This document shows positions 1-10,800 of a DNA stretch of 64,000 bases, one piece after another. A program made the translations under genes and the position numbers. The first letter of the stretch is position 1, and each line of letters begins with the position of its first letter. The notes beneath the pieces were generated by a model. That model saw nothing but the letters and a program-made list of their open reading frames with translations, had not been told where the DNA came from and made no database searches. This stretch comes from Eutreptiella sp. 'Long Island Sound 2002' (lineage: Eukaryota; Protista; Euglenida): NCBI GenBank assembly GCA_964036045.1, contig OZ038378.1:119102001-119166000 (forward strand), in the 5' to 3' direction.

Positions 1-2
1 AG

Positions 3-689
3 GAGGTGGCAACCACAATCATACCTCCTAGCCATATGAGGTATTACCTGCAACATCTCGTGCCCATATAACCCTAGTACAATACATCCCACGACACCAA
101 GGAGCCGAGAGGCTCAACCTTTGGTGTTGTCCAGTACTAGTTGTATAATATGAACATCTTCTAGGTTAGAGACGGCGTGGAACCTCTGGGACCACCGCAC
201 TTGATGCCGACGCCCCCCGTCTTGGGTGTGCAACCCATCCTTATTTATCCGTGGGCAAGCCATGCATCACTTTTGTCTACAATCGGACCTCAGGTTTTGG
301 TGATGCGCCGTGAGGCAACCAAACTTTACGAGGAGTACGATGGTGCATTCCCTACCAACATACTTCATACGTTGGGCAATTTTTTAGGAGGGCAAGGCTT
401 GTAGAGCCTGAGCCCCTTTAGGTACCCGCTGCCCATCAGCAACTTTGGGCCGCTGCGACCAACTTATCATATTTGTGCACCTGTGCACAGAACCGTACAC
501 TGCGAACCATGGTTTATCAAAATCAATGATACTAATCTTGATGTTTATGTTTGGACGGCCCTTGAGATGGTAGGCATCCACATACAAGCCCGAGGTCACA
601 GTGGCATTGGGCAGTGGGGTTGTTGCAGCGCTTGTGCGGCTTGTGTGGCCAGATCGCACAGCTGTGGCAGCACTTTGGTGTTGCTGTGA
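3..689 (+). pseudogene. Decayed ORF relic (~229 codons, runs off the window start), product unrecognised, possibly transposon-derived
   Basis: ORF-track calls 177..404 and 483..689 share one frame that reads from position 3. It is interrupted only by TAA 69, TAG 75, TAG 138, TAG 162 and TAG 402, each one C->T from a Gln codon (e.g. VQY*LYNMNIF*VRDG). No family recognised. Confidence 0.45.
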
Positions 690-1199
690 GGAATCAAAAG
701 GTGCAGTACCTGTCTTGGCCAGAGGGCCCTAAAAGAGCACTCAACTATGCGCCCCAGCCCATAGGTAACTCACCTTTGTTTTAGCAACCAACGGCGATTT
801 GCCAAGCCCGAAGAATCCCTTGGTTCGCGTTTGAATCCAAAGGTTGTTCCCGCCAAATGGTGTTAAAACAAAAATGGCCAGAACAAAAAATGTTCGAAGT
901 TCATTTACCTCCCAACCAAGCACACCCATACATGCTTGGAAAATATTGTTTGCTAGCCTAGGGGCACCCCGCTAGTACTTTAAGATGTTTTTTTGTGTTG
1001 TTGTGCGAAAAATAGTTTAGGTCAAAAACAGTTTTTACCAGAACTCCACCATAACACCGCCATAAGTTACCGAAACACCAATGCAACACGCAAGCGACAC
1101 AAAAAGCAAAGTGTGGATAAAGGGTAAGTGAAACACACATTGTACGTTAGGTGCCGGCAAGGGCACTTGGGGTTAGTGTCTTTGTACGTCCCTCGGCTA

Positions 1200-2290
1200 C
1201 TCCTCCTGCGCGGTCGGTGGGGCGCAAGGCGCCCCAGAACTTACCTCCCCTTCTCCCTCGCCAACCACCACCCCGTCACCCACCACCCATTCACCCTCCA
1301 CCCCAGCAACCACCACCCACATACCCTCATCCCGGTTGGCCCCCCAGAGCACCCTCACCTGCCCCATCCCCATCCCCGGGCCCGTCCTGGTCCTCGGCGT
1401 TCGCGTCCTCGTCGTCCTTGTCACCCTCCCCCTCTTCACCCGCCTCCTTGTCCTTGCTCTTCTTCTCGAGGAACTTCTGAGCTTGCCTTTGGGTCCGCCA
1501 CACGGCGGCCTTTGGCACCCCAAAAAGATCCTCATCCCCCGGGAACCTCACCCATGTTTCCCCTTTTGAGGGGGGTCCACCCGCAGCAAGGGCCTCCTTG
1601 CCGCTCTCAATCCCCCACCCTTCCTGGTCGCAAAAAACGACATAAACCTTTCCCCCCGACTTGTACTCCCCCCCCCCGCCCCACTTGTCTTGGCCTTGGG
1701 CTTGGCTTGGGCTTGGGCATAGGGGTATCCCTTGGCATGTCCGGCATTGGGGATATGGGGGTGTGGTGGGGCGAAGGGGCTGTCTTTGGGCTGGGCTTGG
1801 GGGCCTTCTTGGGGGGACAAGGGGGGGGGGGGGGCTCTTCTCTTTTGGGGGGCGGGGGGTGGGGGGTCTTCTTGCGCCGCAGGGGCGAGTCCGCAAAACA
1901 AGCGGACGAGCTAAGGTAAGGGAGGAGGAGGAGGAGGATGAGGAGGAGTCCGTTGAGAACTCTGAGGATGGCTCTGTGGAGGACTTGCCCGGAAGCCGCT
2001 TCCTCTTTTGGGGGGGGGGGGTTTGGCAAGGGCTTAGGGTTTAAGGTTGGGGTTTGTTTTGTCACGACGCACACGCACGCACAGGCGCAGCTACTGGGTC
2101 ATTGTTTCCTCCTAGACGAACTCCACTAGGGACCCCGACGTGAGTTCCGGAATGTCTTCTTTCCGTTTAATACTGGTGCGCTGCAGCTCCCTACGGAGCC
2201 CCTCCATCTCCTGGGCCTGCGCTTTCATCGTCTCCGCCATGCTCCTGACGCCCGTCCCAGTTCCATTATCTACGTCCCCCGTCTTGATTG
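1200..2290 (-). pseudogene. Decayed, frameshifted gene relic: coiled-coil, Ser run, Pro/Lys-rich linker, Tudor/PWWP-like beta-barrel, acidic tail
   Basis: From ATG 2240: MAETMKAQAQEMEGLRRELQR...FV*EETMTQ*LRL (two TAG stops). Shifted frames then give KRKRLPGKSSTEPSSEFSTDSSSS, DSPLRRKKTPHPPPPKREEPPPP...PKPKPSPRP and, after the G run near 1670, YKSGGKVYVVFCDQEGWGIESGKE...WVRFPGDEDLFGVPKAAVWRTQRQAQKFLEKKSKDKEAGEEGEGDKDDED. Frame changes fall at or near simple-sequence runs. The stitching is my reconstruction. Confidence 0.5.
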
Positions 2291-3374
2291 GTGCTCACAC
2301 ACAAAGCACGCAACTAAAAACACGAAACGGACGGAAAACTGCTTCAAAAAGAAAAAGCAAACAATTGTTCGAGCACAAACAAGGGTTTTGGAATTGGTTC
2401 ACATTGTGCACCCCGGTTTCACATCGTCCGTCATCATGATCCCATGTCTCACTCTAAGCAAAGTCATGATTCCTGTACCACAACTCACGTTTACACCACA
2501 CCGCCGTCAAAAAAAATGCTCCACACGTTTGGATGCACTCTCCTTGCCACCAACTGATAACCCAACAACGGCCCAAGGGTCCTTGGGGGTTGTTGGATAT
2601 CACTCCCCATTTGCGATTTTCCGGCAAACGTGCGCCAACCTGAAAACCGCCCACGCCCATGCACTGTTGGGGCCACACAGGAGGGCTCATCTTGGAAACT
2701 TGGAGATAGCACCAAGGACCCCGTCAATGCTTAGAGGGTACATACTGAAGGAAAAAATTCTATAGGACATGGTTTTGGATCAACGCACAATGCCGGCTAT
2801 GGGCCAACCAAATTTTGACCCCCCCACCCCCTTCCGACTCCCGGTCTCAAAAAAGCGCCATCCACGTGGGGTGGCGGGAGGTGGAGCGGGCAAAATTGAA
2901 AATTTGTTCAGGAAATACATGGGGGTATGCTACACGAATACCCCTTGAAATGGAGGGTATGTGGCTCTCGCACCTGTACTGGATCTAACAACCCTCTTTG
3001 AGGTGATTATGAAGTAATTTCACATCAAAAACTGAAAACATGAACCTAATGTTCCTGGGTTCTTGCTGGGTTCATTGAAAATTGGAATCTGAGAATGAAC
3101 CCACAAAGTCCCACTTGGAACTCCTAGGAAGTAGGTCCCTGCCCACCCCCTGCCCATTGTCCCCACCAACCCATGGTGTTGTATGTGCTTTAAAATATTC
3201 CCACATTAAAAGTAGTAAATTTCTGCCATGTGGAAATTGTGGGTACTGCAGTTAAGTGGAGGGGGGGGGGGTTTGGGGGGGTACTCCCCAAGGATTCCTA
3301 AAGAGCACCCCATGTTGACAACCCAGTGAGCAAGCTTGCAATCAATCATGCAATGGATCACTTTGCAGAGGACG

Positions 3375-3530
3375 AAGGCTGTACAACGCAGTATGCTGCA
3401 GTATGCTGCAACAATGTTGCTGGATCGCATTGTCTACAGTGTACAGTGCAGTGGTTGTGGTTGCAGTGTAGTGTGCAGAATGCATACTGCTGATAGCACA
3501 GTGCTCAGTGTACAGTGTGCAGTGTACGGG
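3375..3530. repeat. Low-complexity TGCAG/TACAG-rich simple repeat
   Basis: gcagtatgctgcagtatgctgcaaca, acagtgtacagtgcagtg, cagtgtacagtgtgcagtgtac. Confidence 0.5.
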
Positions 3531-4804
3531 ACACAGGATGCAAGAAAGTATTGTTGGGCAGGTCTATGAGTTTTGAGCCTGTGCAAAATAGTTTTGGAAA
3601 TAGTGGCTCAGGTGTAAATTTCAAAACCAAACCAAACCAAAAAAAGAGACTTCTCGTCCTTTTCAAATGATGCCTGGCATGTGTCTCCAAGAACATCACA
3701 TCGCAGCATGCAATGCGATGTGCAGGGAACGTGTGTGTTGCACACAGAATGAGTCCCAAACCTCGGACTTGAATAGATAAACCTTGGACACAATGAATGC
3801 CACGCACCCCATCCACCATACCTGTCTCCATCATTGCGAATTTCTCTTGCTGCAGGTTGTTCTTGAGCCATACTGCAGAGCAGGGCACAAGCCACAGGAA
3901 TTGAAACCAGCAAGAACACACATGGTGGAATATCAGAATGTACAAAAGAAAACCTTCAGGGGAACATGTTCCACAACGTACACCTGTTCCAAGGCCCTCA
4001 GGTGTCTTCAAAGTTTACAGAGTTATTCCACCGATGCACACTGGCCCCCAAAATAGCCTCTGCGATGGAGGCCCTTAGGGGGCAGGGGTGCAGTGCCTTT
4101 GATCTGAGCCACAAAAAAAGTCCTGAAGAATGGAATTTTACCAAAATCAAAACACTCATCAAGAACAGGAGGAAGGGAAGCAGGACAGGGGGCTCCTGTG
4201 TGACACCCCCTAGGAATAACATGCAAAATATATACGGGGTTGCCAAGCTTGCTCATCTCAAACATTGGAGTGCTTGGATTGGCAAGCCCAAGCCATCAAC
4301 AACATAGGAGGAGGAGGAGGAGATGCGGTCCCCCAGTAGGGCGCACCCGTGGCACATCGCCATGGTGCCCGGCGGCCCTCACCGGTCTCACCGCGAACGA
4401 GAGGGGGGTCTCTGTCCCGACCCGTCCGGCTAAGCATCATGGCGGCGGCTCTCCTATTCATGTCCTCCTCTTGTCCCCTGGCCCGCACAACGCGCACGCA
4501 CTACTGCCTTACATGCGGCTGGAACCCCCCAGGGGCACAGATTGGGGGGCGAGGCAAAGCGCCATCTCCACTTCCAGCTCCGGCCGCCCCCCCCCCCCCC
4601 CCCCGCGGGGAGGGGGACGCAGTCTCACGGGTGTGGGCCCTTAGCCCGCCAGGTACTACCAACGGGGCGGAATTTGGCCGGCAGGTCTTGGAGGCTTGGT
4701 GCATAGCCTGATCCCCCCCCCTACTGCACAGCGGTCTTGCCGTAGGTGTCCATGCGCGGACCAAGACAGGCGCCTGTCCCACCGGGAACGCACCTGAGCT
4801 CGAG

Positions 4805-4814
4805 TATATATGGG
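4805..4814 (+). promoter_or_regulatory. TATA-like element (TATATATGGG) ~60 bp upstream of satellite A
   Basis: Isolated TATATAT in very GC-rich DNA, flanked by two CTCGAG and two CACCTGA copies. It resembles a Pol II TATA box and the plant Pol I start motif TATATAGGG. Motif match only. Confidence 0.25.
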
Positions 4815-4869
4815 CTGGGCTCGAGCACCTGACGCGCACGCGGGGGACGCCGCCGCGCTCACGCGACAG

Positions 4870-7800
4870 GGCCCCGGTGATCCCTAAGCGAAGGAGGCCC
4901 CCTCGCCCATGCGGCGGGGGGCCCGGCGGTCCCAAAGCGAAAGAGGCCTCCTCGCCCATGCGGCGGGGGCCTCGGTGGTCCCAAAGCGAAGGAGGCCCCT
5001 TCGCCCCTGCGGCGGGGGGCCCGGTGGTCCCCAAGCGGAAGAGGCCCCCTCAAAATGCGGCGGACGCCTCGGTGGACCCAAAGCGGAAGAGGCCCCCTCG
5101 CCCCCGCAGCGGGGGCCTCGGTGGTCCCAAAGCGGAAGAGGCCCCCTTACCCACGCGGCGGAGGCCTTGGCGGACCCAAAGCGGAAGAGGCCCCCTCGCC
5201 CGTGCGGCGTGGGCCTCGGTGGTCCCAAAGCGGAAGAGGCCCCCTCGCCCATGCGGCGGGGGACTCGGTGGTCCCAAAGCGAAAGAGGCCCCCTCGCCCA
5301 TGCGGCGGGGGCCTCGGTGGTCCCAAAGCGGAAGAGGCCCGTTCCCCCCTGCGGTGGGGGCCCCGATGGTCCCAAAGCGAAGGAGGCTCCCTCGCCCATG
5401 CGGCAGGGTCCTCGGTGGACCCAAAGCGAAGGAGGCCCCCTCGCTCATGCGGTGGGGGCCTCGGTGGTCCCAAAACAGGAGAGGCCCCTGCGTCCATGCG
5501 GCGGGGTCCTCAGTGGTCCCAAAGCGGAAGAGGCCCCCTCGCCCGTGCGGCGGGCGCCTCGGTGGTCCCAAAGCAAAGGAGGCCCCCTCGCCAACGCGGC
5601 AGAGGCCTTGGCGGACCCAAGGCGGAAGAGGCCCCCTCGCCCACGTGGCGGACGCCTTGGTGGACCCAAAACGGAAGAGGCCCCCTCGCCCATGCGGCGG
5701 GGGCCCCGGTGGTCCCAAAGCGGAAGAGGCGCCCTCGCCCATGCGGCGGAGGCCTCAGTGTGCCCAAAGCCAGGGAGGCCCCCTCGCCCCCGCGGCGGAG
5801 GCCTCAGTGGACCCAAAGCGGAAGAGGCCCCCTCGCCCATGCGGCGGGGGCCTCGGGGGTCCCAAAGCGAAGGAGGCCCCCTCGCCCATGCGGCGGAGGC
5901 CTTGGCGGACCCAAAGCGGAAGAGGCCCCCTCGCCCCCGCGGTAGGGGCCTCGGTGGTCCCAAAGCAGCAGAGGCCCCCTCGCCCATGCGGCGGGGGCCC
6001 CGGTGGTCCCAAAGCGGAAGAGGCGCCCTCGCCCATGCGGCGTGGGCCTTGGTGGTCCCAAAGCGGAAGAGCCCCCCTCGCCCATGCGGCGGAGGCCTTG
6101 GCGGACCCAAAGCGGAAGAGGCCCCCTCGCCCCCGCGGTAGGGGCCTCGGTGGTCCCAAAGTAGAAGAGGCCCCCTCGCCCATGCGGCGGGGGCCTCGGT
6201 GGTCCCAAAGCGGAAGAGGCCGCCTCGCCCGTGCGGCGTGGGCCTTGGTGGTCCCAAAGCGGAAGAGGCCCCCTCGCCCATGCGGCGGGGGCAAGGGTGG
6301 TCCCAAAGAGAAGGCAGCCCCCGCGCCCATGCGAAGGGGGCCCCGGTGGTCCCAATGCGGAAGGCGCCCCGTCGCCCATGCGGTGGGGGCACCAGCGGTC
6401 CCAAGGTAGATGAGGCCCCCTCGCCCATGCAGCGAGGGCTCCGGGGTTCCCAAAGCGAAGGAGGTCCCCTGCGCCCATGCGAAGGGGGCCCCGGTGGTCA
6501 CAATGCGGAGGCGCCCCGTCGCCCATGCAGTGGGGGCCCCGGTTGTCCCAAAGCCAAGGAGGCCCCCACGCCCCTGCGGCTGGGGCCCCAGTGGTCCCAA
6601 AGCGAAGGACGCCCCCTCGCCCATGTGGCGGGGGCCCCGGTGGTCTCAAAGCGGAAGAGGCCTCCGCGCTCATGCAGTGGGGGGCTCGGTGGTCCCAAAG
6701 CGAAGGAGGCCCCCTCACCCAGGCAGCGGGGGCCTCGGTGGTCCCAAAGCGGGAGAGGCCCCTGCATACATGCGGCGGGGGGCTCAATGGTCCCAAAACG
6801 GAGGAGGCCCTCCCGGCCCATGCGGCGGTGGCCTTGGTGGTCTCAAAGCGGAAGAGGACCCCTCGCCCCCCCGGCGGGGGCCTTGGTGGTCCAAAAGCGA
6901 AGGAGGCCACCTCGCCCATGCAGCGGGGGCCTGAGTGGACCCAAAGCGAAAGAGGCCCCCTCACAATGTGGCGGACGCCTCAGGGACCCAAAGCAGAAGA
7001 GGCCCCCTCGCCCATGCGGCGGTGGCCTCAGTGGACCCAAAGCGGAAGAGGCCCCCTCGCCCATGCGGCACGGGCCTCGGCGGTCCCAAAGCAGGAGAGG
7101 CGCCCTCGCCCATGCGGCGGGGGCCTGGGTGGACCCAAAGCGGAAGAGGCCCCCTCGCCCCCGCGGCGGGGGCCTCAGTGGACCCAAAGCGGAAGAGGCC
7201 CCCTCGCCCATGCGGTAGGGGCCTCGGCGGTCCCAAAGCAGGAGAGGCCCCCTCGCTCTTGCGGTTGGGGCCCCGGTGGTCCCCAAGCGAAGGAGGTTCC
7301 CTCGCCCATGCGGCGGGGGCCTCGGTGGTCTCAAAGCGAAGGAGGCCCCCTCTCTCATGGTGGGGGGCCCGGTGGTCCCAAAGCGGAAGAGGCCTCCACG
7401 CTCATGCAGTGGGGGGCTCGCTGGTCCCAAAGCGAAGAAGGCCCCCTCACCCATGCGGGGGGCGCCTCCGTGGTTCCAAAGCGAAGGAGGCCCCTGTGTC
7501 CATGCGGCGGGAGCCTCAATGGTCCCAAAACGGAGGAGGCCCCCTCACCCACGCGGGGGGCGCCTCGGTGGACCCAAAGCGGAAGAGGCCCCCTCGCCCC
7601 CGCGGCGGTGGCCTCAGTGGACCCAAAGCGGAAGAGGCCCCCTCGACCATGCGGCAGGGGCCTCGGCGGTCCCAAAGCAAGAGTGGCCCCCTCACCCACG
7701 CGGCGGACGCCTCGGTGGACCCAAAGCGGAGGAGGCCCCCTCGCCCATGCGGCGGGCGGCTCCGTGGTCCCAAAGGGGGAGAGGCCCCTGTGTCCATGCG

Positions 7801-10800
7801 GCGGGGGCCTCAATGGTCCCAAAGCGAAGGACGCCCCCTCAAAATGCGGCGGACGCCTCGGTGGACCCAAAGCGGAAGAGGACCCCTCGCCCATGCAGGG
7901 GGGGGCCGGTGGTCCCAAAGCAGGAGAGGCCACCTCGCCCATGCAGCGGGGGCCTGAGTGGACCCAAAGCAAAAGAGGCCCCCTTACCCACGCGGCGGAC
8001 ACCTCCGTGGTCCCAAAGCGGAAGAGGCCCCCTCGCCCCCGCGGCGGGGGCCTCAGTGGACCCAAAGCGGAAGACACCCCCTCGCCCATGCGGCAGGGGC
8101 CTCGGCGGTCCAAAGGCAGGAGAGGCCCCCTCGCTCTTGCGGTTGGGGCCCCGGTGGTCGCCAAGCAGGAGAGGCCCCCTGGCCCATGCGGCGGGGGCCC
8201 CGGTGGTCTCAAAGCGAAGGAGGCCCCCTCTCTCATGGTGGGGGGCCCGGTGGTCCCAAAGCGGAAGAGGCCTCCACGCTCATGCAGTGGGGGGCTCGGT
8301 GGTCCCAAAGCGAAGGAGGCCCCCTCACCCATGCGGGGGGCGCCTCCGTGGTCCCAAAGCGGGAGAGGCCCCTGCGTCCATGCGGCGGGGGCCTCAATGG
8401 TTCCAAAACGGAGGAGGCCCTCCCGGCCCATGCGGCGGGGGCCTTGGTGGTCCAAAAGCAAAGGAGGCCACCTCGCCCATGCAGCGGGGGCCTGAGTGGA
8501 CCCAAAGCGGATGAGGCCCCCTCAAAATGCAGCGGACGCCTTGGTGGACCCAAAGCGGAAGAGCCCCCCTCGCCCATGCGGCAGGGGCCTCGGCGGTCCC
8601 AAAGCGAAGGATGCCCCCTCGACCATGCGGGGGGCACCTCCGTGGTCCCAAAGCGGGAGAGGCCCCTGCGTCCATGCGGCGGGGGCCTCAATGGTCCCAA
8701 AACGGAGGAGGCCCTCCCGGCCCATGCGGCGGGGGCCTTGGGGGTCTCAAAGCGGAAGAGGACCCCTCGCCCATGCGGCGGGGGCCTCGGTGGTCCAAAT
8801 GCAAGGAGAGGCCACCTCGCCCATGCAGCGGGGGCCTGAGTGGACCCAAAGCGGAAGAGGCCCCCTCAAAATGCGGCGGACGCCTCGGTGGACCCAAAGC
8901 GGAAGAGGCCCCCTCGCCCCCGCGGCGGGGACCTCAGTGGACCCAAAGCGGAAGACGCCCCCTCGCCCATGCGCCAGGGGCCTCGGCGGTCCCAAAGCAG
9001 GAGAGGCCCCCTCGCCCATGAGGCGGAGGCCTCAGTGATCCCAAAGCGAAGGAGGCCCCCTCTCTCATGGTGGGGGCCCCGGTGGTCCCAAAGCAGAAGA
9101 GGCCTCCGCGCTAATGCAGTGGAGGCCCCGGTGGTCCCCAAGCGAAGGAGGCCCCCTGGCCCATGCGGTGGGGGGCTCGGTGGTCCCAAAGCGAAGGAGG
9201 CCCCCTCACCCATGCGGTAGGGGCCTCGTTGGTCCCAAAGCAGGAGAGGCCCCCTCGCCCATGCGGCGCAGGCCTCAGTGATCCCAAAGCGAAGGAGGCC
9301 CCCTCGCCCATGCGGGGGGGGGGGGGCAAAAGCGGAAGAGGCCCCCTCGCCCATGCGGCGGGGGCCTCAGTGGTTCCAAAGCGAAAGAGGCCCCCATCGC
9401 CCATGCGGCCGGCGCCTCCGTGGTCCCGTAGCCGAAGAGGCCCCCTCGCCCCCGCGGCGGGGGCCTCACTGGACCCAAAGCGGAAGAAGCTCCCTCGCCC
9501 ATGCGGCAGGGGCCTCGGCGGTCCCAAAGCAAGAGAGGCCCCTTCGCCCTTGCGGCTGGGGCCCTGGTGGTCCCCAAGCGAAGGAGGCCCCCTCGCCCAT
9601 GCGGCGAGGGCCTCGGTGGTCTCAAAGCAGGGAGGCCCCCTCTCTCATGGTGGGGGGCCCGGTGGTCCCGAAGCGGAAGAGGCCTCCACGCTCATGCAGT
9701 GGGGGGCTCGGTGGTCCCAAAGCGAAGGAGGCCCCCTCACCCATGCGGGGGGCGCCTCAATGGTCCCAAAACGGAGGAGGCCCTCCCGGCCCATGCGGCG
9801 GGGGCCTCGGTGGTCCAAAAGCGAAGGAGGCCCTCCCGGCCCATGCGGCGGGGGCCTGAGTGGACCCAAAACGGAAGTATCCCCCTCAAAATGCGGCGGA
9901 CGCCTCGCTGGACCCAAAGCGGAAGACACCCCCTCGCCGTTGCGGCTGGGGCCTCAGTGGACCCAAAGCGAAGAAGGCCCCCTCGCCCATGCGGCTGGGG
10001 CCTCGGCGGTCCCAAGGCAGGAGAGGCTCGCCCAAGCGGCAGGGGCCTCGGCGGTCTGAAAGCAGGAGAGGCCCCCTCTCTCATGGGGGGGGGGGGCAGT
10101 GGTCCCAAAGCGGAAAAGGCCTCCGCGCTCATGCAGTGGGGGGCTTGGTGGTCCCAAAGCGAAGGAGGCCCCCTCACCCATGCGGGGGGCGCCTCCGTGG
10201 TCCCAAAGCGGGAGAGGCCCCTGCGTCCATGCGGCGGGGGCCTCAATGGTCCCAAAACGGAGGAGGCCCTCCCGGCCCATGCGGCGGGGGCCTTGGTGGT
10301 CTCAAAGCGGAGGAGGCCACCTCGCCCATGCGGCGGGGGCCTTGGTGGTCCAAAAGCGAAGGAGGCCACCTCGCCCATGCAGCGGGGGCCTGAGTGGACC
10401 CAAAGCGGAGGAGGCCCCCTCAAAATGCAGCGCACGCCTTGGTGGACCCAAAGCGGAAGAGGCCCCCTCGCCCATGCGGCGGGGGCCCCGGTGGTCCCAA
10501 AGTAGGAGAGGCCCCCTCTCTCATGGTGGGGGGCCCGGTGGTCCCAAAGCGGAAGAGGCCTCCACGCTCATGCAGTGGGGGGCTTGGTGGTCCAAAAGCC
10601 AAGGAGGCCCCCTCACCCATGCAGGGGGCCTCCGTGGTCCCAAAGCGGGAGAGGCCCCTGCGTCCATGGGGCGGGGGCCTTGGTGGTCTCAAAGCGGAAG
10701 AGGCCACCTCGCCCATGCGGCGGGGGCCTGAGTGGACCCAAAGCGGGGGAGGCCCCCTCAAAATGCGGCGGACGCCTCGGTGGACCCAAAGCGGAAGAGG

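Noticed and set aside
2700-4300. Transposon termini (TIR/LTR/TSD) in the non-tandem left flank
   Set aside because: I could not find paired terminal repeats, a PBS/PPT or a recognisable transposase/RT fragment by eye.
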